Source of the DNA: Candidatus Kaiserbacteria bacterium
GTDB taxonomy: Bacteria > Patescibacteriota > Minisyncoccia > Phycocordibacterales > UBA2100
Reading direction: 5' to 3'
NCBI GenBank assembly: GCA_017134395.1
Contig: CP070993.1
Coordinates: forward strand, 189,656-253,655
Length of the DNA: 64,000 nt
Below, one piece after another: positions 8,183 through 17,774 of the stretch; position 1 is the first letter of the stretch, and each line of letters starts with the position of its first letter. Under the pieces are notes generated by a model that worked only from the letters and a program-made list of their open reading frames with translations, was not told the DNA's origin and did no database searches. The position numbers and the translations under genes are program-made.

Positions 8183-10075
8183 ATGAATGCAAATGATGTT
8201 CGAACAAAATATTTAGATTTTTTTGCCGCACGTGGACATGCGATTATTCCGTCTGCTTCCATCGTTCCAGAAAACGATCCTACGACACTTTTCACTGGTA
8301 GTGGCATGCAGCCGATGCTTACCTACTTTCTCGGAGAAACACACCCAAAGGGAACACGCATTACCGATTCGCAAAAGTGTTTTCGTGCTGAAGATATTGA
8401 CGACATAGGCGACAATAGGCATACCACTTTTTTTGAAATGCTTGGAAACTGGTCGCTCGGCGATTATTTCAAGGAAGAACAAATTCCGTGGATTTTTGAA
8501 TTCTTAGTAGATGAAATAGGACTCGACCCTAAAAATTTATACGTCACTGTATTTAGCGGTGAAGAAAAGAACAACATTCCAAAAGATGAAGAAACCCCAA
8601 TGCTTTGGAAAAAAGTGTTCGATGAGGCTGGTCTAGATTCAAAGATAGTCGACATGGGATCGCAAGCAGACGGTGCATCAAAAGGAATGCAAGACGGTCG
8701 AATATTCTATTACGATTCAAAAGAAAACTGGTGGAGCCGAGCAGGCGTGCCCGATAATATGCCAGTTGGTGAACCCGGAGGACCAGACTCTGAAATGTTT
8801 TATGATTTTGGCACTGAACATGACACACGTTTTGGCGAGCATTGCCACCCAGCGTGCGACTGTGGACGATTTATGGAGATTGGAAACTCTGTATTCATGC
8901 AGTATGTCAAAAAAGGGGAAGGAGTTTTTGAAGAACTCGAACACAAAAATATAGACTTCGGCGGTGGGCTAGAGCGAATTGTAGCTGCGGCACAAAACAT
9001 GCCGGACGTATTTCTTGCAGTAAGCTCACTTGCGGATATCATTCGCCACCTCGAAAATGCTAGTGGTAAAAAATACGAAGAAGACGTACGAAGCTTCCGT
9101 ATCATTGCCGATCATATTCGTGGTGCACTCTTTATGATAGGAGATGGGGTGCGACCATCCAATACAGAGCAAGGATACTTTGCTCGTCGTCTTATTCGTC
9201 GGAGTGTTCAATATGCTGATGCGTTAGGCATTGCCGAAGGAACATTAGTTGATGCCGTGAGTATTGTTACCAAGTCCTACGAGGAACACTATCCAGAACT
9301 TACAGAAAAAGAGACAGGAATAAAAGAACTCTTTGCTGCTGAAGAAACTAAGTTTCGAAAAACACTGACTAAAGGTATGCGAGAATTCGAAAAACTTGCT
9401 GAAACTGGAACCATAACTGGGGAGCAGGCATTCCTTCTCTTTACCACGTATGGATTTCCTATTGAACTCACTCAAGAACTTGCAGAGCAAAAAGGTATCA
9501 TTGTAGACAGAGATGCCTTCACTACGTTCATGAAGGAACACCAAGCAAAAAGTCGCTCAGGAGCTGAGCAAAAGTTTAAAGGTGGACTTGCTGATCATTC
9601 AGAAGCCACAACAATGCTTCATACGACACACCATATTTTACTTCGCGCATTACAGATTGTTCTTGGAGATCACGTGAAGCAGCGGGGAAGTAACATTACA
9701 AGTGAACGGCTTCGTATTGATTTCTCCCATGATGAAAAAATGACTGATGAGCAAAAAAGTGAAGTGGAACGGATAGTTAACGAACAAATTGAAGCAGGTG
9801 TTCCTGTCATGAAGACAATACTGCCGAAAGAAGAAGCTGAACGGCTTGGAGCTCAAAAGGAATTCGGCCAAAAGTATCCAGACATGGTTAACGTCTATTC
9901 TGTTGGACCCAAAGATGCCACTGAGGGCGACCCAAAAATTGAACAAGCATACTCGCTTGAATTTTGTGGAGGACCACATGTTACAAACACAGGGAACATC
10001 ACCGGGGTATTTCGTATCCAAAAAGAGCAAGCATCTTCAGCAGGAGTACGTCGCATTAAGGGAGTACTTGAATAA
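8183..10075 (+). CDS. alaS: Alanine--tRNA ligase (short form lacking C-Ala domain)
   Basis: TLFTGSGMQP, RHTTFFEMLGNWS, IADHIR, editing HTTHH and EFCGGPHV; ends after GVRRI. Confidence 0.97.
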   Translation: MNANDVRTKYLDFFAARGHAIIPSASIVPENDPTTLFTGSGMQPMLTYFLGETHPKGTRITDSQKCFRAEDIDDIGDNRHTTFFEMLGNWSLGDYFKEEQIPWIFEFLVDEIGLDPKNLYVTVFSGEEKNNIPKDEETPMLWKKVFDEAGLDSKIVDMGSQADGASKGMQDGRIFYYDSKENWWSRAGVPDNMPVGEPGGPDSEMFYDFGTEHDTRFGEHCHPACDCGRFMEIGNSVFMQYVKKGEGVFEELEHKNIDFGGGLERIVAAAQNMPDVFLAVSSLADIIRHLENASGKKYEEDVRSFRIIADHIRGALFMIGDGVRPSNTEQGYFARRLIRRSVQYADALGIAEGTLVDAVSIVTKSYEEHYPELTEKETGIKELFAAEETKFRKTLTKGMREFEKLAETGTITGEQAFLLFTTYGFPIELTQELAEQKGIIVDRDAFTTFMKEHQAKSRSGAEQKFKGGLADHSEATTMLHTTHHILLRALQIVLGDHVKQRGSNITSERLRIDFSHDEKMTDEQKSEVERIVNEQIEAGVPVMKTILPKEEAERLGAQKEFGQKYPDMVNVYSVGPKDATEGDPKIEQAYSLEFCGGPHVTNTGNITGVFRIQKEQASSAGVRRIKGVLE

Positions 10076-10129
10076 CCTTTACACAGAGCCTACGTGTCGC
10101 TCTACCGAAGCATTGCTATACTAATAGAT

Positions 10130-11275
10130 ATGGATGTTCTTTCACTCTTGCAGAAAAAAACATACTCACTTGTTTTTGATATCGGCAGTGCAACGGTTGG
10201 TGTTGCAATAGCGAGGTATTCAAAAGGTAAACCTATACACATACTGTTTACGCACAGAGAACTCATACAGTACGGTGAGACACAAGGTGCTACTGCATTG
10301 GGAAACTACCTTGCAGATACTATTGAAAAGGCTGGGAGCAAGGCACTCGAAGCATTAGGTACATTAGGTGATCGAGATATTTCGTACTCTCTGTACGCCT
10401 TTGCTCACGCTCCATGGGCACACACACGTGCGCAACACGTTGAAGGAAATCTCCAAAGTGAAGTCCCAATTACCAAAGAATTGCTGCAACAATTTATGGC
10501 AAAAAAAATGCCTGTTTCGAAAGTCCAAGGGAGGACGCAACTCGAAAGACATATAACCAAGATTACCCTGAATGGATATCCGACACTCGATCCGTACGGA
10601 AAAAAAGCAACACACATTGCAATAACTGCACTGGAAAGCGATGTGTCAGATGTTGTCCACAATTCAATATCTAATGCATTTCAAAATGTATTTCCAAATC
10701 ATCGTGTGAGTCTGGACTCTTTTCTTTTTGCCGCCACTCACTTACGAGAGTTTTTTGAGAAATCAGATACCTATACAATGATGGATATAAGTGGTGAATA
10801 TACTTCCTTGAGCATCATTCGCGACGACACTATTGCTGCAAGTACCTGGGCTGGATTTGGGACCGAGTATCTTATACGGTCATTGCTTACCGGAGAAAAA
10901 ACTGATAGGCAAAGTGTCGTATCAGAACTCGCTATGTACATTGATAATACATGTACCCCATCTCAGTGCAGAAAAATTGAAACTGCGCTTGTAAGCACTG
11001 AACAGGAGTGGGTAAAAGCATTCGGTGATGCTTGCGCAACTTTGAGCAAGCACTCCCGAATTCCAACCCGAGTATATATATCAGTTGATACTCGTTATGG
11101 AAAATGGTTTAAGACAGTTATTGAAAAAATTGATTTTGCTCATTTCACCATTACCGGGAAGCCTCTTCAAGCACATATTTTAAACCTTGATAGGACACAA
11201 AAGCCCATAAAATATAAAGAGGGAGTGAAACAAGATACTGTATTGGCTTTAGGGGTGTTGTTTGTGGATAAATAG
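10130..11275 (+). CDS. Divergent FtsA/actin-fold protein
   Basis: Two phosphate-loop-like motifs VFDIGSATV and MMDISGEYT; TG.TATACT 7 nt upstream of ATG 10130. Confidence 0.55.
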   Translation: MDVLSLLQKKTYSLVFDIGSATVGVAIARYSKGKPIHILFTHRELIQYGETQGATALGNYLADTIEKAGSKALEALGTLGDRDISYSLYAFAHAPWAHTRAQHVEGNLQSEVPITKELLQQFMAKKMPVSKVQGRTQLERHITKITLNGYPTLDPYGKKATHIAITALESDVSDVVHNSISNAFQNVFPNHRVSLDSFLFAATHLREFFEKSDTYTMMDISGEYTSLSIIRDDTIAASTWAGFGTEYLIRSLLTGEKTDRQSVVSELAMYIDNTCTPSQCRKIETALVSTEQEWVKAFGDACATLSKHSRIPTRVYISVDTRYGKWFKTVIEKIDFAHFTITGKPLQAHILNLDRTQKPIKYKEGVKQDTVLALGVLFVDK

Positions 11276-11324
11276 GCACTTTTGGATGACGTGTTTATCG
11301 TTTTTATTGGTATACTAAACAGAT

Positions 11325-12683
11325 ATGGGAAGAGCTATTTTTGATGATATCAAACCACCAGAGGAAAGTGGTAACAACGATGACACTGCCTCAGCTGCAG
11401 ACCACTCAATACGAAACGTAGCACCTCTGGAAACACAAGAGCGAGAAACTCGACGTGCAAAGCGCGCAGAGCGCCGAAGAGTTCCTGAAGTGTTTGAAGG
11501 AACTACTGCAAAAAAACGATCAAGTGCACGTGGGATTATTACAAAGTATGGTGTATGGGCATTAGCTGTTGTAGTTCTTGCATTAGCACTGTCAGTTGTT
11601 GGCTTTGTCTTTATTGGTAAAACAACGATAGACATCGTACCTCAACAAGATGCTGTAACTCTTTCATCAAACATTGTGTACACGGCATATAAAGATGCTG
11701 AGGATGGGGAATTACAATATGCAGTTATCACACACACTACAGAGGCAACCGAAACAATTACCGCAACAGGCAGCGAGACAGTAGAAGAAAAGGCGTCAGG
11801 TAAAATAATTGTTTACAACAACCATAGCTCAGCATCGCAACGCCTCATTAAAAACACTCGCTTTGAAGCGCTAAACGGTGAGATTTATCGAGTACGAAAC
11901 TCAATAGTCGTTCCGGGTAAGAAAAGCGATGGAACTCCAGGAACTATCGAAATAACAGTTCATGCGGACAAGGCAGGTGAGGGTCAAAATATTACTGCGA
12001 TTGGTTCAAAGTTTACTATTCCAGGCCTTAAGGGCGATCCACGATACGATACATTTCATGCAGAATTAAGTGCTCCAATCATAGGAGGTTTTGTCGGAGA
12101 ACGTGCAATTGTAGATGAGGATGTTCTTAACGCAACACAGACAAAACTGCGAGGACAATTAAGGGACGCGGCACTGGCAACAACGCAAGAGCGTATATCA
12201 GACACTATGGTGTTCTTTGGAGAAAACTCTCTTTTTACTTCTTTCGAATCAGCACCGGTAACATATACGAATGATAACGAAGCACTCGTTCGAGAAATTA
12301 TGTACACTCATGCAGTAGTCTTTAACGAAAACGAACTCGCCCGTATGCTTGCATCCGCTGCACTTGCAACGCCAAACGACGGGGAGATATTGATCGACAA
12401 CCCTGATGATCTTTCTATGACTATCGTTAACAAGGATGGTGTCGACATACAAAATGATGCACTTATACAATTCACTTTCGAAGGGAGAGCTGCTCTAACA
12501 TGGCAGGTGGATACAGAATCACTAAAGCAAGATCTTGTTGGCAAAAACAGTGAAGCCTTAAATACTGTTATGAGTGGATATCCCGGAATAAAGAGTGCAC
12601 AAGCAACAATTAGACCATTTTGGAAGAGTGAATTCCCATCAGAAACGGCTGGAATATCAGTCGAACTACACCCGGTAAACTAA
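11325..12683 (+). CDS. Membrane-anchored protein with baseplate J/gp47-like domain (CPR type)
   Basis: TM after basic N-terminus; KASGKIIVYN, L...TRF, V.AD..GE..NI, GGF motifs. Confidence 0.6.
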   Translation: MGRAIFDDIKPPEESGNNDDTASAADHSIRNVAPLETQERETRRAKRAERRRVPEVFEGTTAKKRSSARGIITKYGVWALAVVVLALALSVVGFVFIGKTTIDIVPQQDAVTLSSNIVYTAYKDAEDGELQYAVITHTTEATETITATGSETVEEKASGKIIVYNNHSSASQRLIKNTRFEALNGEIYRVRNSIVVPGKKSDGTPGTIEITVHADKAGEGQNITAIGSKFTIPGLKGDPRYDTFHAELSAPIIGGFVGERAIVDEDVLNATQTKLRGQLRDAALATTQERISDTMVFFGENSLFTSFESAPVTYTNDNEALVREIMYTHAVVFNENELARMLASAALATPNDGEILIDNPDDLSMTIVNKDGVDIQNDALIQFTFEGRAALTWQVDTESLKQDLVGKNSEALNTVMSGYPGIKSAQATIRPFWKSEFPSETAGISVELHPVN

Positions 12684-12824
12684 TTCTTAGTAGTATTTTC
12701 TCTATTTTTAGCACATCTCGTCTGACTGGCGCAGATGCCAAAATAATCTAGCTTTACTCTTTATCCACAATACGGCAGAAGGGCTTGTCAAAATGAGTAC
12801 ATTCTGTTACGATAGCGCAGCACT

Positions 12825-13046
12825 GTGAGTGAAGATACCAATGAAAACAAAGATATTGTAGAGGGAGTTGTCGTAGAGGCACTGCCGAACGCACTTTTTC
12901 GTATTGAACTCAAGAACGGTGAAGAGGTAATTTCTTACCTTGCAGGTAAGATGCGTTTGCATCGAATCAAAGTTTTACTCGGTGATACAGTTCAAGTCAA
13001 AGTTGATCCGTACGGTGGTAGAGGAAGAATCGTGAGACGTGGTTAA
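12825..13046 (+). CDS. infA: Translation initiation factor IF-1
   Basis: EG.V.EALPNA.FR..L.NG..V..YLAGKMR...IKVL.GD.V. Confidence 0.97.
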   Translation: MSEDTNENKDIVEGVVVEALPNALFRIELKNGEEVISYLAGKMRLHRIKVLLGDTVQVKVDPYGGRGRIVRRG

Positions 13047-13067
13047 TCGTCCACATTTTTTAATTAT

Positions 13068-13181
13068 ATGAAGGTTAAAAGTTCAGTAAAAACACTCTGT
13101 AAAGAATGCAAGCACGTTCGCCGTCGTGGACGCCTTTTTGTCATTTGTAGCAACCCACGACATAAACAACGACAAGGTTAA
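13068..13181 (+). CDS. rpmJ: 50S ribosomal protein L36 (not in ORF track)
   Basis: Translated by hand: [37 protein letters not shown], between infA and rpsM. Confidence 0.97.
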   Translation: MKVKSSVKTLCKECKHVRRRGRLFVICSNPRHKQRQG

Positions 13182-13194
13182 TTTTTAATATACT

Positions 13195-13575
13195 ATGCGA
13201 ATATCTGGTATCACAATCCCTGACTCAAAGCGTCTCGAAATCGGCCTCACCGAAGTTTTTGGTATTGGACGCGTTCGCGCAGAACGAATTCTTACTGAAG
13301 CAAAAGTTGATTTCGGAAAGAAACCTACAGAATTAAGCGCAGATGAGGAAAGCAAAATCTCGGAATTAGTAACTGCACACAACATTGAAGGGGAACTGAG
13401 ACGCGATATCAGTGGAAATATAAAGCGTTTGAAGGACATAAAAAGCTACCGAGGTGAACGACACTCACGTAACTTACCTTCACGAGGACAACGAACAAAG
13501 ACAAACTCGCGTAGTGTTCGAGGAAACGTTCGAAAAACTATGACGAGTGGTCGCCGTAAAGTAGATAAGAAATAA
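13195..13575 (+). CDS. rpsM: 30S ribosomal protein S13
   Basis: RISG..IP..KR.EIGLT..FGIG, YRG.RH...LP.RGQRTKTNSR. Confidence 0.98.
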   Translation: MRISGITIPDSKRLEIGLTEVFGIGRVRAERILTEAKVDFGKKPTELSADEESKISELVTAHNIEGELRRDISGNIKRLKDIKSYRGERHSRNLPSRGQRTKTNSRSVRGNVRKTMTSGRRKVDKK

Positions 13576-13576
13576 T

Positions 13577-14011
13577 ATGGGTAAGAAACGAATTGTTAAA
13601 AAGTCAGGTGGTACTGTAAACAAGGGATTGCGATCTCGAGCACTCGGAAACTCACCGAAGCGAAAAATGCTTTCTGGTATTTTGTACGTTCAAGCAACAT
13701 ACAACAACACGAAAGTACAGCTTACTGATGGAGAGGGTAACTCTGTTATGTGGTCATCTTCAGGCGCACTTGGTTTTGCAGGAGCAAAAAAGGGAACTCC
13801 TTTTGCAGCTGCGAAAGTAGGTGAACTTATTGCTGAAAAGGCACAGACAATGGGATTGAAATCAGTAGACGCTATCATTAAAGGAGTTGGCGCAGGACGT
13901 GAATCAGCTCTTCGGGCGTTCGCCGGAAAAGGTATCGACATTACTAGTATCTCAGACCAGACACCTGTTCCATTTAACGGTCCTCGTCAACGTCGTCCAC
14001 GCCGTGTCTAA
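13577..14011 (+). CDS. rpsK: 30S ribosomal protein S11
   Basis: ATYNNT, WSSSG..GF.GAKKGTPFAA, G.GRESA, D.TPVP.NG.R. Confidence 0.98.
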   Translation: MGKKRIVKKSGGTVNKGLRSRALGNSPKRKMLSGILYVQATYNNTKVQLTDGEGNSVMWSSSGALGFAGAKKGTPFAAAKVGELIAEKAQTMGLKSVDAIIKGVGAGRESALRAFAGKGIDITSISDQTPVPFNGPRQRRPRRV

Positions 14012-14025
14012 TACACAATATTTTT

Positions 14026-14628
14026 ATGTTATCTAAACCAAAATACAAAATCTGTAAACGTCTCGGTAATGGAGTTTACGAGAAATGTCAGACAGAAAAA
14101 TTTGCTCTTTCTGAAGCTCGTGTAAAGAAAACCTTTAAACGAAGAAAAAACTTAAGTGACTTTGGACGTCAGTTACTTGAAAAGCAAAAAGTACGATATG
14201 CCTACGGAATTACTGAGAAACAACTTCGGAAGTATGTAGAAAGTGCAGTACGAACGAAGGAACCAGCAGCAGAACTTTTCAAAGGACTAGAAACTCGATT
14301 AGATAACACAGTATACCGATTAGGATTCGCGCCAACACGTCGCGCAGCGCGACAAATGGTTAGTCATGGTCATGTTACCGTAAACGACAAGAAGATGACC
14401 GTTCCGTCACACATTGTAAAAACAGGTGACACAATCTCAGTTCGAGAAGCAAGCAAGATAAAACCTTTGTTTGTTGGAAACATGGATACTATTACTAAAC
14501 ACACGGCACCAAAGTGGCTTGCGGCAGACTCGAAGAAGCTTACTTCATCAGTTAAGGCAGCGCCGGAATACAGTGCCACAGATTCAATCTTTGATTTCCC
14601 AGCCGTATTCGAGTTCTACAGTCGATAA
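14026..14628 (+). CDS. rpsD: 30S ribosomal protein S4
   Basis: QL.EKQK.R..YG..EKQ, LE.RLDN.VYRLGFA.TR..ARQ.VSHGH, EFYSR. Confidence 0.98.
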   Translation: MLSKPKYKICKRLGNGVYEKCQTEKFALSEARVKKTFKRRKNLSDFGRQLLEKQKVRYAYGITEKQLRKYVESAVRTKEPAAELFKGLETRLDNTVYRLGFAPTRRAARQMVSHGHVTVNDKKMTVPSHIVKTGDTISVREASKIKPLFVGNMDTITKHTAPKWLAADSKKLTSSVKAAPEYSATDSIFDFPAVFEFYSR

Positions 14629-14661
14629 TATTAATTCATTAGTAATTTTAAACCTATTTGT

Positions 14662-15636
14662 ATGTCAGATCACCAAGTAACAGTCCCCTCAAAACCACGC
14701 GTTATAGATGAAAAGGATTTCGCAGGTACTTACGAAATCAATGGTTTATACCCCGGCTACGGGCACACACTCGGCAACTCCCTTCGCCGAATCATTCTTT
14801 CATCACTTCCAGGTGCTGCTATTACGCATGTAAAGATTGATGGTGTTTCTCATGAATTCTCAACTATTGAAGGAGTTTCAGAAGACACAGTAATGCTTTT
14901 ACTTAACCTTAAACGTGTACGAATTAAGATGCTTACTGAAGAACCGCAGGTTTTACGGTTACGTGTAAAAGGTCCAAAATCAGTTACTGCTGCGGACTTT
15001 GAAGTTCCTGGCCAAGTTGAAATTTTAAACCCAGAACAACATATTGCCGAAGTATCAGGAAAAATAGACTTCGATGTTGAAGTGACTGTCGAGAGAGGTT
15101 TGGGATACGTTGCAAAGGAAGTACATCAGAAGGAGAGAGTAGACATTGGAAGTATCGCACTTGATGCAATTTTCTCACCAATCCGGCGAGTTAATTACGA
15201 AGTCGAGAATATGCGTGTCGGTGATCGTACAGACTTCAACCGATTGCGTGTATTCATCGAAACTGATGGAACAATTACTCCACGAGAAGCGCTTGAAGAT
15301 TCAATCGCAACTATGATCCATCAACTTAAGGCGGTGATTGGTTTCCAAGAAGAGACTGAAACACCAGTTGAAGAAACACCGGCTAAAGAAGAAGAGGAAT
15401 CGGAGCCAGTGGAGGACAAGAAAGAAGCTGACAAGGAATCTTTCAAGACTCGGATTACTGAACTCGAACTTTCTCCTCGCGTTGAAAGCTCACTTGATGA
15501 ATCTGGAATCCGTACTGTTGGAGGTCTTGCACGAAAGCACGAAGAAGACATCCTTGCCATCGAAGGGCTTGGTCAGAAGGGATTGCAGGAAATTAAACGA
15601 TCATTATCTAATCTTGGAATTACACTTCGCAGCTAA
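14662..15636 (+). CDS. rpoA: RNA polymerase alpha subunit
   Basis: GYGHTLGNSLRRIILSSLPGAA, HEFSTIEGV, IALDAIFSPI..VNY.VE..RVG.RTD, alpha-CTD. Confidence 0.98.
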   Translation: MSDHQVTVPSKPRVIDEKDFAGTYEINGLYPGYGHTLGNSLRRIILSSLPGAAITHVKIDGVSHEFSTIEGVSEDTVMLLLNLKRVRIKMLTEEPQVLRLRVKGPKSVTAADFEVPGQVEILNPEQHIAEVSGKIDFDVEVTVERGLGYVAKEVHQKERVDIGSIALDAIFSPIRRVNYEVENMRVGDRTDFNRLRVFIETDGTITPREALEDSIATMIHQLKAVIGFQEETETPVEETPAKEEEESEPVEDKKEADKESFKTRITELELSPRVESSLDESGIRTVGGLARKHEEDILAIEGLGQKGLQEIKRSLSNLGITLRS

Positions 15637-15659
15637 TCTGTGTTAGAGTATCGCAGCTC

Positions 15660-16013
15660 ATGAAGCATCATAAATCACAACGTAAATTTGGCCGAGTACG
15701 GAAAGTCCGTGTTGCTCTTTTGCGTAGCCTCGTACGAAGTTTGGTACTACACGAACGTATCGAAACAACTATTGCAAAGGCTCGTGAATTACGACCACAG
15801 GTTGAGAAGCTTATTACCGTGGCACAGAAAGATACACTTGCGTCACGTCGTTTAATAGCAGCACGTCTTGGAAACGATACGGAAGTATCAAAGAAACTGC
15901 ACGAGGTATTGGCACCACGTTACAAGGAGCGTCCGGGAGGATACACACGTATTAGCAAACTGGGAACATTTGAAGACGCAAAGCGAGACAAGGCAATCAT
16001 AGAATTTGTATAA
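15660..16013 (+). CDS. rplQ: 50S ribosomal protein L17
   Basis: HERIETT.AKA.ELRP.VEKLIT, RY..RPGGYTRI. Confidence 0.97.
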   Translation: MKHHKSQRKFGRVRKVRVALLRSLVRSLVLHERIETTIAKARELRPQVEKLITVAQKDTLASRRLIAARLGNDTEVSKKLHEVLAPRYKERPGGYTRISKLGTFEDAKRDKAIIEFV

Positions 16014-16014
16014 T

Positions 16015-16380
16015 ATGACTGACAATATGACCAAAAAGCGAGAACATACTATCGATGCAAAAGGAAAGCGACTTGGTCGCCTTGCTTCATCAGTGGCGCA
16101 TATTCTCCTCGGGAAAGATTCTACGGATTTTGCAAAAAACATTATTGCACCAGTTACAGTAACAGTAGAGAATGTTGATGCACTTGAAATCACCGAAAAA
16201 AAGCGAGAAACAAAGATATATGATCGCTACTCTGGATACCACGGTGGTCGCACAGAAGAGACTCTTGAAGAATTGATCGCAAAGAAGGGTGTTGCAGAAG
16301 CTTTAAAGAAAGCGGTATACAACATGCTTCCCGGCAATCGTCTTCGTAAGGAGCGAATGAAAAATTTGATAATTAAGTAA
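16015..16380 (+). CDS. rplM: 50S ribosomal protein L13
   Basis: IDA.G..LGRLAS.VA..L.GK, Y.RYSGY.GG, AV..MLP.NRL. Confidence 0.96.
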   Translation: MTDNMTKKREHTIDAKGKRLGRLASSVAHILLGKDSTDFAKNIIAPVTVTVENVDALEITEKKRETKIYDRYSGYHGGRTEETLEELIAKKGVAEALKKAVYNMLPGNRLRKERMKNLIIK

Positions 16381-16381
16381 T

Positions 16382-16780
16382 ATGGCTAAAGACGAAAAAT
16401 ACATTGAAGCAGTAGGGCGACGAAAAACGGCAACAGCTCGTATTCGTTTATTCCCTGCAGCTAAAACAACGTACGTTGTGAACGACAAGAAAGCTGATGA
16501 ATACTTCCCAACAGCTCACCTGCAAAAGATTATAAAAGATGCATTTGTTGTAGCTGAAGGAGTTGCCTTTAAGGTAAGTGCTAAGGTGATGGGAGGTGGT
16601 GTCCCAGCTCAAGCTGAAGCAATCCGTCTTGGTATTGCACGAGCACTTGTGAAAGACGACCAGATGCGACGAAAAGAGCTCAAAGCAGCTGGATACCTAA
16701 AACGAGATCCTCGTATGAAGGAACGAAAGAAGTTTGGACTTCGTGGAGCACGGCGTGCTCCGCAGTGGTCAAAACGTTAA
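16382..16780 (+). CDS. rpsI: 30S ribosomal protein S9
   Basis: GRRKTA.AR, GGG..AQA.AIR.GIARAL, RDPR.KERKK.GL..ARRAPQWSKR. Confidence 0.98.
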   Translation: MAKDEKYIEAVGRRKTATARIRLFPAAKTTYVVNDKKADEYFPTAHLQKIIKDAFVVAEGVAFKVSAKVMGGGVPAQAEAIRLGIARALVKDDQMRRKELKAAGYLKRDPRMKERKKFGLRGARRAPQWSKR

Positions 16781-16783
16781 AAG

Positions 16784-16810
16784 AAAAGCGACACGAAGGT
16801 GTCGCTTTTT
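16784..16810 (+). terminator. Intrinsic terminator after rpsI
   Basis: AAAAGCGACAC-GAAG-GTGTCGCTTTTT. Confidence 0.85.
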
Positions 16811-16835
16811 GCATTTGTGCTATATAATCACGCCA

Positions 16836-17354
16836 ATGAAAAAGGAAGAAGAAACAACTGAAGAAATTGTCTACGAAGAAGATCAGGGCGCTGAACTTGT
16901 AAAGAAGCTTCGTGCCAAATTAAAGAAATGCGAGCAAGAGAAGAAAGAATATCTCGATGGCTGGCAACGCCTAAAAGCTGACACAGTAAATGCTCAGAAG
17001 AATCAGAAACAAGGTTTGGAATTATCTCAGAAACGTATAGTGCAAAATTTCGTTCAGGAATTGCTCCCAGCACTAGACAGTTTTGATATCGCAACACAAA
17101 GCGGTGCGTGGGAAAAGGTAGACGTCGTGTGGAGACAAGGTATTGAGTATGTACACGCGCAGCTTTTAACTAGTCTAGAAAACAGTGGGGTTGAAAACTA
17201 TGGTGTAGTAGGTGATACATTTGACCCAGCACTCCATGAAGCTGGAGGACACGCTGAAGGGGGGGAGAGTGATATCATTGCGCGTGTTGAACGACGTGGA
17301 TACAAAATGGGAGATACTGTTATTCGCCCTGCACAAGTTGTGGTATACAATTAG
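16836..17354 (+). CDS. grpE: Nucleotide exchange factor GrpE
   Basis: YL.GWQR..AD..N, LLP.LDSF, FDP.LHEA, GY..G..VIRPA.V.V; start ATG 16836, 7 nt after TATAAT. Confidence 0.95.
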   Translation: MKKEEETTEEIVYEEDQGAELVKKLRAKLKKCEQEKKEYLDGWQRLKADTVNAQKNQKQGLELSQKRIVQNFVQELLPALDSFDIATQSGAWEKVDVVWRQGIEYVHAQLLTSLENSGVENYGVVGDTFDPALHEAGGHAEGGESDIIARVERRGYKMGDTVIRPAQVVVYN

Positions 17355-17372
17355 AAAAATATCCTGTCAAGA

Positions 17373-17411
17373 TTGCTGCACGTCACACTTGTAGCTACAA
17401 TGTAGCCACAA
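17373..17411 (+). promoter_or_regulatory. Sigma70-type promoter overlapped by palindromic/tandem operator-like site
   Basis: TTGCTG(17373)-17 nt-TACAAT(17396); palindrome TTGTAGCTACAA 17389-17400 followed by near-copy TGTAGCCACAA 17401-17411. Confidence 0.6.
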
Positions 17412-17743
17412 TGTCTGTTAGAAAGCATTACATTATTATTGGTAATAGGCGACATGGGTACACACTCTATCCCGCACAAAAAGTGACAACTCTTGTTTGC
17501 AAGAGCGCAAATATATCAGCACGGTTTCCTAATGAGGAAATCCCAAATATTCTTGCTGATTTACCTCAAGCAATCTTAGAGCGATACGGGACAGTTGAGA
17601 GTGAGCCGCAAACTGAAGTTCTTCGGTTTCGAGTCTCAGAAAGTGAGAAGGAGCAGATAGAACAAAACGCCTATGACGCTGGTTACGAATATGTTTCCGC
17701 ATATTTACGTGATGTGTCGCTGCAAAGAACAGACACCAATTAA
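17411..17743 (+). CDS. Small protein with C-terminal ribbon-helix-helix (MobC/CopG-like) domain
   Basis: TEVLRFRVSESEKEQIEQNAYDAGYEYVSAYLR: alternating beta strand, helix, G-turn, S.Y.R helix. Confidence 0.65.
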   Translation: MSVRKHYIIIGNRRHGYTLYPAQKVTTLVCKSANISARFPNEEIPNILADLPQAILERYGTVESEPQTEVLRFRVSESEKEQIEQNAYDAGYEYVSAYLRDVSLQRTDTN

Positions 17744-17774
17744 GACTTAAAAGATACTAATTAACTAACATACT

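Noticed and set aside
11325-12683. Prophage suggested by the baseplate-J-like domain
   Set aside because: No other phage genes; the protein is membrane-anchored and flanked by housekeeping genes
16734-16835. N-terminal extension of grpE in the ORF track
   Set aside because: Runs through the rpsI end and its terminator; promoter position supports ATG 16836
16781-17774. CIRCE element or hrcA at the grpE-dnaK locus
   Set aside because: No TTAGCACTC-N9-GAGTGCTAA seen here or upstream of clpB, and no hrcA ORF
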